Below, one piece after another: positions 13,640 to 27,724 of a stretch of 64,000 nucleotides of DNA. The stretch lies in assembly GCF_009914755.1 (NCBI RefSeq), contig NC_060945.1. One strand, given 5' to 3'. This DNA comes from the human T2T-CHM13v2.0 reference genome, Homo sapiens. The notes beneath the pieces were generated by a model. The model saw nothing but the letters and a program-made list of their open reading frames with translations, ran no database searches and was not told where the DNA came from. A program made the translations under genes and the position numbers. Numbering within the stretch: position 1 is the first letter of the stretch; each line of letters opens with the position of its first letter.

Positions 13640-14200
13640 GGGTATCCTACAAACAAATCAAACTCAAGTTTCTAAACCAGGACATGTTATTTTTCCTTTC
13701 CATTTTGTGTCTCCTGTGTATTTCTAGACTCTGTTAATGGAGTCACCACTTACCAAGAGCGCCAATGCCAGAAACCTTAATTTCTATCATTTCTTTACCT
13801 GCCTCTTGCTGATCCTCCCTAGCTCTCTCATGTCCCATTATATCTATTCCCATACGTATAAGCGTTGGCAGATCGTTTCTTTCATTGCCACCTCGGAAAT
13901 GTCCCTCAAGTCCAGCTTGTTCTAGCTTCACAACCACTGTCGCAGCTCAGACCCAAATTATCTTTCCCCAGATGACTGCCAACAGCCCTGCTTCCATGTG
14001 TCCCTCAACGACATCATTCTTCCTACTACATCCAGGGTAATCTTCCTCAATTAAAAACAGAGAAAGCCAAAAAGCTGGATCACTCTATTCTCCTGAGTTT
14101 TTTTTTTTTTTTAAAAAAGAAGAAAAAAATCGAGTTATTGCAAGATAAAAATCTACAGTCCTTCATTTGTCATCAAAGCTCTTTGCAATCCTACTCGGAT
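13640..14200 (+). mobile_element. L2 fragments
   Basis: CAAACTCAAGTTTCTAAACC...GCCAGAAACCT...TTCATTGCCAC...CCAGGGTAATCTT L2-like motifs. Confidence 0.55.
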
Positions 14201-14659
14201 GGGCCCAGGTATGTGCCTCATCCTGCAAAATGGAACAACCATGGGTTCTTCCTGTAAGGCGCCCTGATCCTGTTTGACGGGGCCCTTGTCTCTCCACCAC
14301 TTGTTACGGTAAGCAGAAAGTTTTCCCACATTTAAAAAAATTCCAGTAGGAAACCTTTTCCAGAGGTATGTTTCTAATACGACATTCCATTTCCCTTATT
14401 TCTGCATATTTTTTTAATGGCACCTTTGTTGCCTTGGGTGGCTTTTTTCCTAATTGCTCATTCTTAAGCAGCTGAAGTCCTCACCAGACCTGACCTTTGA
14501 TGGCAGACAGGGTGTGAATACTGCTCTTGGCCCGACTCCTTGCTCACTTGCCCACTGTGTGCTGGAGAAATTCTCTTCTTGGATGTGGAGCTCAAGATTG
14601 CTGTATAAAGCTCCTGGCCCAAGCCAATGTCCATCAGGTTGTCTTTTCTTCTCTTTAAG

Positions 14660-15360
14660 TAAAATGTTTTAAGGTATAATTTACACACCACACATTTTAA
14701 CATATAGTTTTAAAAAATATTTTTATCAATACCTAATATTTGCACAAATCTATGGAATAGGGTGACATTTTGTTACATGTATAGAATGTGTAGCAATCAA
14801 GTCAGGGTACTTAGGGTACCCATCACCTCAACCATTTATCATTTCTCTGTTTTGGAAACATGTCAAGTCCTCTCTCCTAGCTATTTGGAAATATGCAAAC
14901 ATTATTATTAACTATAGTCACCCTATCCTGCAATCAAACATTAGAATGTATTCACCTACTTGTATAAGCATAAAGTTTGATGAGTTTTGAAAAATATGTA
15001 CGCCCATGAAACCTACACTCTTATTAAGATATAGAACATTTCCATTACCCCAGAAACTCCCCCTGGGCCTCCTTACATTCAATCCTTCTCATCTCCCACC
15101 CCCAGCAACCCTCATCCACTTTCTATCATAGTTTTGCCTCTTCCTCTTCCAGAACTCCTGTGATGGAGTCATTTACGACGTGGTCTTTTGTCCCCAACTT
15201 CTTTCTCCCAGTATGTTTTTGAGATCCATCTGCATCACTGTGTGGCTTGCCAGTTCATTCCTCTCGTTACTGAGCAGGATTTCAATGTGTGGCTATATCG
15301 CCTTGTTTCTCCATTTACCTATTGATAGATAGCGGGATGTTTCCAGTTTGAGGAAACTAG
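14660..15360 (-). mobile_element. L1ME-type 3' end with nested L1MA 3' end (~14715-14960)
   Basis: ACATGTATAGAATGTGTAG..ATCAAGTCAGGGTA...TAACTATAGTCACCCTA (L1MA); flanks AAGATATAGAACATTTCCA (L1ME). Confidence 0.75.
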
Positions 15361-15938
15361 AAAATACATGTTTTTGTAGAAAGAGAAAAATAAATCATGG
15401 GTTCATATCATATTTCGAACTTAAATGAAAAAGTATAGGATTTCCACTTGATTAGTTGATTTTATTTTGTATCTCCAGGATGCAAATCTGATTTTCTAAT
15501 GTCATTAACAAAATTACTTATTTCCTTGTCCTACAATACATTTATATGTATATCTGTATAATTGTTTGAAGTAACAATACTGATATTATTATAGAATTAT
15601 TATAGAATGCAGTTTAAGATTTTTCTTTATGTTCTCTCCTTAGGTATGTCCCACATGGAATATACAATTAATTTCTGTGATGTCATACAGAAATTTCTGT
15701 GCTGTCTCTGCAGTTTTAAAATTTCATTTTGATGCATAATGTTTAGTTCCATAAAACATTCACCTGGTTCCAAAGTCAGATCTATATAGCAAGACCTATT
15801 CAGAAAGGTCTAGTGTCTAACCTTGTCCCAACATTTAAAAATAGTTTATTTATCATTCTACTGGTTCTTTGAAAAAATCTAGACATGTGTGACTATCTAT
15901 GGGTATTACTCGTTTCTTACACAGAATGCTAAACACAT

Positions 15939-16294
15939 TTATATGGTTTGGCTGTGTCCCTACCCAAATCTCATCTTGAATTGTAACCCCATAATCCCCA
16001 TGTGTTGTAAGAGGGACTCAGTGGGAGGTAACTGAATCATGGGGGTGGCTCCCCCATGTTGTTCTCATGATAGTAAATTCTCATGAGATATGATGGTTTT
16101 ATAAGACGCTCCCCCCTTCACTGGGCACTTATTCTCTCTCCTGCTGCCCTGTGAAGCGGTGCCTTCTGCAATGATTCTAAGTTTCCTGAGGCCTCCCCAG
16201 CCATGTGGAACTGTGCATCAATTAAACCTCTTTCCTCTATAACTTACCCAGTCTCGGGTATGTCCTTACAGCAGCATGAGAATGGACTAATATA
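15939..16294 (+). mobile_element. THE1D-type solo LTR
   Basis: ATATGGTTTGGCTGTGTCCC...GGACTAATATA; perfect 5-bp TSD CACAT at 15934 and 16295. Confidence 0.92.
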
Positions 16295-16329
16295 CACATG
16301 CTTCTTCACCTTAAAATATACCTAGAAGA

Positions 16330-16750
16330 TTACTTCATGAAAACAAATCTTCCTCATTTTTTTACACAGCTGCTTCTGTATGGATGTACCACAATTAATT
16401 TAACCAATCAACCAACAGCTGATGGACATATGGGTTGTTTCTAGACTTTTCTGTTTATAAACCATGCTTCAATAAATAATCTAGTGCAAATATCATTTTA
16501 TATTTTGCCAGTATCTTTGGGATTGTCTTCCTGAAATGGTACTGCTGGTTCAAAGGGTAAATCCTCGAGTACTCTAAATAGTGCCAAATTTCCCTCTACA
16601 GAGCTGTGTCATGTTGTACTCCCACTAGCAATGCACAAAGTGACACTTACTCCAGCCTTACCATAGAATGTGTTGTCAAACTTTTTCATGTTTACCAATC
16701 CCATAGTTGAGAAACAGCATCTCAGTATAGTTCGAGTTTGCATTTTAGCC
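16330..16750 (-). mobile_element. Old L1M fragment
   Basis: TATGGATGTACCACAAT, TGATGGACATATGGGTTGTTTC, TACTCCCACTAGCAATG. Confidence 0.7.
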
Positions 16751-18715
16751 AGTTACCCTTCTAATGGGGAACCAAATCATTTTTCCCTCGACATCTGCAT
16801 TCACACCTACAGATGTTTTCTAATCTCCCTTTGCTGGCACAGTAATTTCTGTTCTCCCCCAAAATCCCCCACCCCCTCATTTAGGACCACAGACTAGGTG
16901 GAATTTCACCACCTGACTCTCCCTTCCATGGTGGAACCAAGCTTGCCTCAAATGCAGTTCTGGAGCGACAGTATCCTGGGCTAGAAGCAATGGGAAAGGC
17001 AAAAAAATGCAACTTTGCAACTCTTTCCAGAAATATATTTTTCAATAATTATAGATGTCATTACTGTTACATCACAACTTTCATTTTCCCTTCCTTGCTC
17101 AGAAAATACCACCGTAATGGATTCAAATATTATGGGAACAAGTTGTTAGAAGAGAACACATTATCTTATTCTGCCACCTGGACTTTGAGTTCCGAGGCCC
17201 TGGGTTGGTAAACTCTAAAGAAGATAAGCTGGGCTCCTCATCTATGTTAGCTATGCTCATAAGGACATCTGGGGTCACATTCTTTTTGCAGCCATGGATC
17301 AGACTTGGGAAAAAAAGATAAGAATAAACCATTGTAAAATTCAGCTACAACTTAACATCATGGTGGCAGAAAGAGAAAGAGTCAAAGTGAACCCAATTGC
17401 CAAAGCATTACTACGAAATAAAAGTCAACCTCTCCTGATATCTCCTGCCATTTCTTTCTGGGAAACTCTGTCCACATGGCATGGACTTCCTCAGCAGGGG
17501 GACTGAGTCCTGGAAATGCATGGAGCTCTCCAGGCACTGACAGGAACTGACCAGGCTAACCAGACCTCCAAGGACTCACCCACAATCCCGCCATCGGGCC
17601 AGTGCTTTTGTTCTCTGCTCTGTCTCACACTGTCCTCTGGAGAGGTTTAGGCTCTAAAGCCAAAACCCTCACCCTTTCCACAAACAGAGTTTGTAATATT
17701 TTAGTGTAATTTCACCGAGCATGTTGGGAAATGAAATAGCAGTCCACACCCAGCGGTCTACTTAAAATATCAGCAAGAAAGGCAAAAATTCACTCCCAGG
17801 GTGGCAAAAAGCCATTCCAATCCTCAGAGAATGAGCTCAGACATCTACTGAGAACCAAAAAGCATCATCTGCAGAGGGTAGACTGTTTAATCAAAATGGG
17901 CACACTGGTTTCAAGAGTATGAAGGTCTAACCTCACATGTGCTTTGGTCGGGAGAAGCAAAAAAGCAGAAGAAGGAACTGGGGGCCACATTTAGATCCAG
18001 ATTACTGGACAGAAAAGTATAGTCATAAAAACTCAGAATCAGACGGTGGGTTGGCAGCAAATGACTTTTTTCCCATTAAGTAGTTTGTGGGTGGAGGCAG
18101 ATCTCCAAATACTTCGTGGCAGTGCCACTGAGTAAAGCATGGCTCGTGCCTCGATTGGTTAATACCAACACTGACACATGCTCCATCCTCCTGTGGAACA
18201 AGAAATACTTTCACTGATATTATTTTTGGGTAGATGAGCTGAGACCTTTCTTCCTTTCTCTGGTCAAATTACTTAGCATGCATGATACATTAAACTAAAA
18301 ACTGTCCACAGAAGTGGCAATACTTAAGTAGTGATGATCTCATTTATTTGAGGTTTGACACAAGCCAGCAGAGTGTTTATGACTCCCAAGCAGGCATCAA
18401 CAAACCCCAAAGGCTGTTATCAATACTAAGTATTTGCCTTAACTAGGACATTCCAAGAGTGGCTTCCCATAGTGGTCAAGTGGTAACCTCTGTGGTCAGC
18501 TTTACTTGGTGTTACAAGTTATATAAGATAAATACTGGAAGACCTGGTTTAAATTCCATCTACCTGGGCTGATGGTCTGTGCCAAAGAATACATTGTCAT
18601 TAGCATGTTCAGTTGAGAATTACATCAGATTGCAATGAGTGTAATGACCTCAAACATTTACAGGTAAGACCAGGGACTTACTATGGTGTGCCACTAATGT
18701 AAAGAGACTGTACAA

Positions 18716-18880
18716 CAGTGTCCTTCAAACCTTAAAGTGCATGCAGATCACCCAGGGATCTTGCTTAACTGCAAACTCTGATGCAGTAGGTCTGAGATTC
18801 TGGATTTCTAAGAAGCTTCCAGGGAATGCCCCTGTAATTGGGATGTAGTTGGTCCATGGCACCCACTCTGAGTAGCAAAG
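18716..18880. mobile_element. MER5A-type MITE
   Basis: GATCACCCAGGGATCTTG...CTCTGATGCAGTAGGTCTG...CACTCTGAGTAGCAA. Confidence 0.75.
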
Positions 18881-19539
18881 CTGTAAAAAACACCAAATGT
18901 AGAATTCAAATAATTTTTCTCCCTTCAAGGCAGTCCTAGGAATGTAAATTCCAAAATTGTAGCCATTGCTCAAGATGTTATTTAATATCTCTCTTAGATA
19001 CAATTTTGCAATGTGTTCTAAAATCAGTTCAGGTATTTTCTAGTTACTCGTTCCTTTTGGCTCCTGATAATAATGCTCCATTGGATCGTTCAACTCATCT
19101 GCCAGCCTTGGTGCCAAAAAAGGCATGAATTCAAAAGATGGGCTCCTGCGTCCACGGGCAAGTAAACATTTTTCAAAGTTGTGTGGAGCAATGGGAACTG
19201 TTCTAAAAGGACCTGCAATCGTTTGGAAACTAAAGTCAAATCTGCTAGTTAAATACTAGTCTTGATCATTAGCTCTTCCATGCAAAAACAATCAAACAAT
19301 AATAATAGTAATAATATAACTAGTACTTAAATGCATTTTGGTTTTGTTTTGTTTTGTTTTTGAGACACGATCTCACTCTGTTAAGGTGCATTTAGCCATT
19401 GGCTATAAGCATGCTATAACAGTTTGTTTGTTTTTTTTTCCCACATCACCTCTGGGCAGCATCCGGGAACTCTGTGGGACTACATCGATGCAATGTCAAT
19501 GAAATAATAATAATCTTTATATCATATGGTGATATTATT

Positions 19540-19760
19540 CACATTTGTATTTGCTATATAAGATTTACTATGTGACAGGCACATTTCTCAGGGCTGTTTT
19601 ACATGCATCCACTTATCTGAGCCTCACAGCAACTCTACAATCAAGTCACCCTTCTTACCTCCATGTGCAGGCTGAGACACCTGAGGCATAGAGCAATACA
19701 GTAGGGTGGGTGGTTCCAGCAAGCTGGTGAAAAATCAAGAGCCCAGGCTCTATCACTCCT
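19540..19760 (-). mobile_element. MIR
   Basis: TTACTATGTGACAGGCAC...CCTCACAGCAACTCTA...CTGAGGCATAGAG. Confidence 0.65.
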
Positions 19761-20379
19761 GCATCTTGGTGGCTGCTGTCATTAGGAGTTGGTTTGCTTG
19801 ACCCAGATAGATAAGTGAAAGCCAAAACCCACTATGACTTCTGTGGAGCTTGGACTCCCCAACACCCATTTCCCACCTTTGCAGCTGCCTGTGCATGGTG
19901 ATCATGCCACAGCAGGGAGGTTCGGCCTGGCCTTGGCATGCTGAAGTCCAGGAGGAAGCACTGAGTTAAGCTCACAAGTAAGAATCAAGGACATTTGGGT
20001 CACCATTTGAAAAACCCTTGTTATAAGGGTTTTTCAACATCACGAAACATTTTTATTTTGTGCACGAAGGAAGAATTGCTTCATACAGTGGTAAAAAAAA
20101 AAATTCTATGAAACCTCTGCATTGGAAATGGCTAAAAAATATTAGGACCAGTTGTAGATCAAGATGTTTTATCAGGTTCCCTTGTTAAGTGGTCTGTTCT
20201 GGAGCTCCTAAGACATGCCAGGAGATCTGGCAGTAAGTTAAGAATGACTTCAAAGACAGTCCTGCTAAAATAGATACTAAGCATGGCACCCTGGGTCTGG
20301 CTTCAGGTAGTAATTGATGTTTGGGAGGTACACATTTTATTTTATGAAAGGAACAGATAAGTTTAACATCATCAGATAT

Positions 20380-20432
20380 TTCTCTCTCTCGCTCGCTCTC
20401 TCTCTCTCTCTCCCCCCCTCCCTCCCTCTCTC
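20380..20432. repeat. (CT)n pyrimidine microsatellite
   Basis: TCTCTCTCTCGCTCGCTCTCTCTCTCTCTCTCCCCCCTCCCTCCCTCTCTCT. Confidence 0.9.
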
Positions 20433-20524
20433 TGGAAGCAAAGAGTATGTTTGCTGTGTGTGAATCAATTTAAACTGGTGTGTGATGGAAATATTTCATG
20501 GTGAGTTGCCCGTGTAACTGAAAA

Positions 20525-20740
20525 AAATTATAATAATAGCAAACACTTAAATGGTTTATGCTGTTTATAAGTATTAGCTATTTTAATCAACAAATTGATC
20601 CTATGAGACAGGTACTGTTATCATTCCTATTTTTCTAATGCAGAAACTCTATAGAGAAGTTCTGTGACTCAACTGAAGGGCCAGATGGGGAGTAAGCCAT
20701 GGGGATAGAATTTAAGTTGGGGCAGTCTGTCCTCAGTGCC
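20525..20740 (-). mobile_element. MIR
   Basis: AATAATAGC...CCTATGAGACAGGTACTGTTATCATTCCTATTTT...AGAAACT. Confidence 0.65.
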
Positions 20741-20937
20741 ATTGCTCCTGCCCTCCAGGAACACTGCCTCTCCATCAAAGTTCCTCTCCTGATCTTACCT
20801 CCAGGGACCTCTGCACAGGCTCTTCCCCTTTTCCTGCAGTGTCAAAATCCTGCCCCTAGTCCTCAAGGAATGACTCCTCTGGAGTCCCTCAGGTTTAGAG
20901 TTGCCAGATAAAATGCAGGATCAAACATTGCATAGAA

Positions 20938-21293
20938 GAGCTTGGGCACGGTGGCTCACGCTTGTAATCCCAACACTTTAGGAGGCTGAGGCAGGAGGAT
21001 TGCTTGAAGCCAGGAGTTCAAGACCAGGCCAAGACCAGGGCAACACAGTGAGATCCCATCTCTGAAAACAAAATTAGTTGGGCATAGTGGCACATGCCTG
21101 TAGTCCCAACTACTCAGGAGGCTGAGACGAGAGGATCACTGGAGGCTGAGGCTGCAGTGAGCTATGATCATGCCATTGCACTCCAGCCTGGGTGGCAGAG
21201 TGAGACCATCTCTAAATATGTATTTATACACACACACAAACTATACACACATACATGTGCACACACACGTATAAACATACATACATATTATAT
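20938..21293 (+). mobile_element. AluJ with tail decayed to (CA)/(TA) microsatellite
   Basis: Dimeric J-type Alu; TSD ATTGCATAGAA at ~20927 and ~21294. Confidence 0.88.
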
Positions 21294-21381
21294 ATTGCAT
21301 AGAACATACTTATACTAAAATTCTGTTTGTTGTTTCTCTGAAATTCAAATTTAACTGGTTGTCCTATATTTGTATTTGCTA

Positions 21382-21461
21382 TTAGGTTGGTGCAAAAGTA
21401 ATTGCAGTTTTTGCCATGACTTTCAATGGCAAAAACTGCAATTACTTTTGCACCAACTTAA
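21382..21461. mobile_element. MADE1 (Hsmar1-derived 80-bp MITE)
   Basis: TTAGGTTGGTGCAAAAGTAATTGCAGTTTTTGCCAT...ATGGCAAAAACTGCAATTACTTTTGCACCAACTTAA; TA duplicated on both sides. Confidence 0.95.
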
Positions 21462-21670
21462 TATATTTCACATTCCTACTTAGAGATTAGCTTCAATACC
21501 TTCTCCTCAAAGGCCTTTCCACAGACTCAAGAGCACACCCCCTCCCCACATTGCCATTGTCTCCTCACTGTAAATCTCTGCATGGTACTCAAGCACATCT
21601 GACGCCTGCTATGAGAATGTCACCCAGTGAAGCAGAAGACAGACATGCTTGTCCATCTGGTCTACCACTC

Positions 21671-22067
21671 TATAGATTGGATAAAGATAATGTGGCACAT
21701 ATACACCATGGAATACTATGCAGCCATAAAAAAGGGATGTCCTTTGCAGGGACATGGATGAAGCTGGAAACCATGATTCTCAGCAAACTAACCCAAGAAC
21801 AGAAAACCAAACACCGCAGGTTCTCACTCATAAGTGGGAGTTGAACAATGAGAACACATGGACACAGGGAGGGGAGCATCACATACCAGGGCCTGTCAGC
21901 GGGTGGGGGGTTAGGGGAGGGATAGCATTAGGAGAAATACCTAATGTAGATGACGGGTTGATGTACAGCAAACCCACCATGGCACGTGTATACCTATGTA
22001 ACAAACCTGCACGTTCTGCACATGTACCCTGGAACTTAAAGTATAATTTAAAAAGAAAAAAAAAAAA
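21671..22067 (+). mobile_element. L1PA (PA7-PA8-like) 3' end with poly(A)
   Basis: CACCATGGAATACTATGCAGCCATAAAA...GGGAGGGATAGCATTAGGAGAAATACCTAATGTAGATGACGGGTTGATG...ACTTAAAGTATAAT then A tail. Confidence 0.93.
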
Positions 22068-22525
22068 GCCTAAACGAGTCTCTGATGAATAACAGGTATG
22101 TGATAACAGTATGTGGAAAGAATAAATGAATGTGTGTCACCTGCTGCAAGACTTCTGGAGGATGTTTCCTTACCTCCAGAGAACACAGAAAAGTTCACCA
22201 GAAGATGTGCTATACGTCCTTGTCTTTTCCATGTTTTGTGTGAGTAACTTGGAACTAAACACACGTTCCTAATTTCCTACTTCAAAGGCAATGAATTTCC
22301 CAGTGCCTGATGATTATTTATATTTTAAATATTTTGAAAGAAATGTCAGTTTCCTTGCAACAAATTAAGTGTATGTTCTTGAAAATGGAGAGCACGATCC
22401 CCTCAGCATGCATATGGTAAATGCCCTCAAACACGCAAACAGAGTCCACGTCTTTGAAAAACACTTTCAACACAATAACAGCCAGGAAGAAGTGGTCTAT
22501 TTTTATACAGCAGCCCCCACATGAC

Positions 22526-22626
22526 ACAGCAAATCAAACACATTATTTCACTAATTCTTTTTTACCTGTTGCTTCAGGTGAATAAAGTCACAATGTGTGT
22601 AGAACAAGTGAGTGACCCTTTACAAA
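22526..22626 (+). repeat. Donor of 101-bp direct duplication (copy at 27026-27126)
   Basis: Ungapped match at offset 4500, 4 mismatches. Confidence 0.95.
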
Positions 22627-23268
22627 GACTCTTGTTCCCCCTAGAGATTTCATTGTGGCAAGGAAATAGCTCTAGAGTAGATCATTTTTAACCTAGTGAA
22701 CAGCCACAATGAAGGTTTGATAAAAGATGAACCAAATGAAGTAAGAACAGGAAGCTTGAGACTCTCTGCTCTGCTCAATCCATACCATTTCCAGAACGGG
22801 TCAAGCACTCAGAAGTGCCCTGTGGCTGTCTGGCACTAGAAACTCATGGAAGGTAAATTTTTTATGTTTTATTTTTCATTAAAACAGACTAAGAAATTGC
22901 CTAAAGGCAAGTTCCATATGTTTGGCTGTTGTTTAAACCTTAGTTTCTTAAATACATTTGAATAAAACTATGACAGAAGAATCATTGGTCGCTAATTTTT
23001 AAAAGAGTAAATATTAGGTAAAGATAAAATGAATTACTGACTTTATTTCATAGTTATAATATCTTAAGTTGGAAAGACTCTTTTACTTTAATCATTGTGG
23101 GGAAGAAGTATAAGAAAAATTTTAAGACTATTGGGGTGCAAACCACAGGGTGTAGCCTATATCTACTCCACATGCACCCTTCTGAAGTTCTTATATCCTA
23201 ACCTCATTTTTCATCCAACCTTAAATGATACCACAAAAATGCACTTACCGACCAAGCCTTTTTTTTTT

Positions 23269-23571
<303 letters not shown>

Positions 23572-24004
23572 CCAAGCCTTTTTTTTTTAATGTCAGAACT
23601 TTTCTCCAAGTGAAAAACACCAATAATACACACCCTCCATTTTCCCACAAATCCCTCTTCTTTCCCCATATCTTATCAACCTTTCAACGAATTGGTCAAC
23701 ACTCTCCATTAACAAACTTTTAAAGTAAGAAAAATGGATGATGACTGCTTAAAATGAGAATCCTACTGTAAAAATCATTGATTCTTTATCTGGAAATTCC
23801 AAAATGTCACCCAATGTAAAATGAACTGGCTTAAGGAGAATTTTATACTAAACTTTCTCATAAAATGTTATTTTTTAAAAATAGGGAGGAGTGAAAATGA
23901 ACTTACTGGGAGGTACAGCAAACTAGCAAACTACTTATTTTGTATTTGGGGGAATGTGTGGAACCATTTAGAGGTACAGAAACCCTCTCTGAAAGAAAGA
24001 ATGA

Positions 24005-24198
24005 TTTGACAATGTTATCTGAAACTTCCCAATGCCAATCTTTTCAAAGTCTAGCTGTTTTATTAGTTACTGAGAGAGGGATATCAAAATCTCCACCTAT
24101 GGTTGTGAATTTATCTATTTTTTCCTTTAATTTTGTCAGCTTTTGCTGACAAGTCATAGCTCAAATTTGGGAAACACTGTTTCGGGAGACCACAGAGG
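24005..24198 (-). repeat. Inverted ~195-bp copy of 28362-28552
   Basis: Reverse complement aligns at ~88% including a 35-nt identical core and ~50 bp of non-L1 flank. Confidence 0.92.
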
Positions 24199-24529
24199 AG
24201 ATACAACCGTGGAACCAAATGAACCATGATGTAGCTCTCTGAACTGATGTTCACAGAAGTCACTGCCCTACACATTTGGCAATTCTATTTTAAGATATGA
24301 CCATGTTTTGGTCTATATGCAAACCTTTCCCTGAAGTGCCATTCACCTTTTCCTGAATTGTCATTTTTCTCAAACTGTTGACTAAGGATGAACATCTGTT
24401 AAGAAGTGCCACCTCCTGTCTGAGAAACATGGAGCATGTAAAGCCACTGTAGGGAAGATGACATGCAATCACTATAACGCACGGGCTTTCCTTTAAGTCA
24501 GCTTTGCCATGTAATCTCTTCAGCATGCA

Positions 24530-24700
24530 TTAGCTGTGTAGCCATTGGGATGTTTCTTAACTGCTATGAACTCAATTACATCATCTGTAAAATGTCTTTG
24601 AAATAACTATCTCATTAGGTTGAAGGCCATGAGGATTTAATGAGATAAAGTATATATAAACTGCTGTTCATATAGTAGGTGCTCAATAAATGCTAGCTTC
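24530..24700 (+). mobile_element. MIR 3' half
   Basis: TAGCTGTGT...CATCTGTAAAATG...TGAGGATTTAATGAGATAA...TAGTAGGTGCTCAATAAATGCTAGC. Confidence 0.8.
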
Positions 24701-25374
24701 CCTTCTGCATTTCCGTTTATATGCTAGCAAGGTCAAGAGCAGATGCATAAACAAGACCGAATTTTCTAGTCCGTATTTATAAGATCTTAACTCATGTTCA
24801 GTAATTAACACTAATATACACAAATGAATATAGAACAAAATGACTTATACACACTTTCAGGTATCTCACACACAAATGCTTTAAATGCCGTTGAAAAGTT
24901 TTGGGACCTTTTCAGTCACTTTGAATATTCGGTTCATCGATCTTCCTTTGCCCCCAGGCACCATTTGGGGGTCTCACCATATCCTTCTCTCTGTGACTCC
25001 TCTGGTTGGTGCCATGGCTGGCAAAGTCCTAAGGGATGCCAAGAGAATTCCCCTCCATCAGAGCATCTGGAGAAGCACACCACCTACAGAGCTCCTGGGA
25101 CAGGTCCAGGAGGTTAAATGTCTGTTTAGAACCATTATCCATTCTCTATTACACACACAGGGGACAGTCCACGACCATTCATTGCATCAAGATCAAAACA
25201 TAATGTGTTGCAGGTAGGGAAGATACACATCACTTGGCAATTGCATTGCATTTGCTATTCAGGTTCTCAAAGCCTTGAAAGACAGCAAATGTCTACAATT
25301 CCCCAGTGCGAGATGATGGGAGATATAAACTAAATGGCAGAGATCAAAATCTCTTCTTTGGCATTCCGCAACAC

Positions 25375-25560
25375 TTGAGACAGCTTAGTGCCAAGAGCAC
25401 CAGATTTAGAGTCTAAAGACCTGGATGTGAACCTGAATTTTAGTTTAGATACTGGTATGTTTCCGAACCTCAAATACAAGACCTGTAAGATGGGGATAAT
25501 AAAGACTTCCTCCTGGTGTTACTGTTCAAGAATCAGATAAAGCAAATATGTGAGATATTG
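25375..25560 (+). mobile_element. MIR, degraded
   Basis: AAGAGCAC...GAGTCTAAAGACCTGGAT...CTGTAAGATGGGGATAATAA. Confidence 0.6.
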
Positions 25561-26779
25561 GGATCATCTTTGCTTACCTTGTAAAAGGCAGACTCTAAAT
25601 CATTTCTAGGAATTATCAAGGTCTATACCTTCAGTGCTGTAACTATTCTCACGTTTTGCCAGTAGCTTTCCTCCAGCTGGAGTAAATTGTAAAATCCCTC
25701 ACTGGTATCATGATGCTGTTTAAGGAGGTGGTTTTTCAGATGAGAGCACCGAGGCCAATGTAAATGCCACATGCATCAAATTCATGTGTGCTGATTCAAA
25801 GACTAATAGTCTTTTAGCTCTGCACCTTCTTTGTGACAAAATAAATTTGTCATCAGTAATGAAACTTAAAACTTGGCTGGCAAATCCTTAATGCTCTTTG
25901 CCTTTAAAATAAAATTTGAAAAACCTTCAGTTCTATGTATTGACATCTTTACCTCTGATATATTAACAAACCATTAGCAGTTTAAGGGCTGAAAGGCCCA
26001 AGTAGTGTTATGCATGACGTCTGGGACATAGCTGAAATTCAAGGGTCTCACACCATGACCTGCCCATTATTTCAACTGAAACCTCACTCCCGCACCTCGG
26101 GCACCCTAGGCACAGGGGATATTCTCAGAAAATGGAACATAAATGGCATTGGAACATGGAGACAAGACCTTATTAACTAGAATTATCACTCGACTTTGGA
26201 AATTACTTTAAAACTGAATGCCATTCTCATGGATAGTAAAATATGACACCCAAGGCGGTTCTCAACACTTTGAAATCATTTGAGTTTGGATTAGACAAAA
26301 CTCCATAAAATATACACATTTGCATGCACAGAGAAAGATCAAGATTATGTGTACATGTACTTAGCTTACGAATTATAAGTGGATTTTTTGTGTATTTTTA
26401 CATTGTTTATACCCACATATAGGCATATATGAATATTTACAACGAAGCCAAAATTTTTTTAAACGTACTCCAAATCAAGTTAATACTCATTAAGAAAGGA
26501 AGAACAAAATACAGCAAATTCTCCATTATTTGTGTCAATAAGGTTAAGGCACAGGTTCAGATTTTGCTTTGAAATGCAGAATGTGATGATTTTGCAGCAT
26601 GCTTATTCATATTAAAATTTTCCCCTCAGGACAGGTGGAGAATAGCTAACTCCACAGCTATGAGAAGTAGCCTGGGGGTGAATCAAACAACAAAATATAC
26701 TAGGTGCATGGAATTTTACTTGGAAGTCACAATATTCCCATTTTCCAGGTAAGAAAACTGAGTCTTAAACCACAGTGGT

Positions 26780-27675
<896 letters not shown>

Positions 27676-27724
27676 TCAAAGCGTACCACAAAGGCTATTC
27701 CCATTTTCCTTTTATCTTTAGTTA

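Larger units (their letters stand above)
20899..21478. mobile_element. MER53 palindromic MITE, internally deleted, hosting an Alu and a MADE1
   Basis: GTTGCCAGATAAAATGCAGGA left end; ACATACTTATACTAAAA...TGAAATTCAAATTTAACTGG..GTCCTATATTT.TATTTGCTA right half. Confidence 0.75.
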
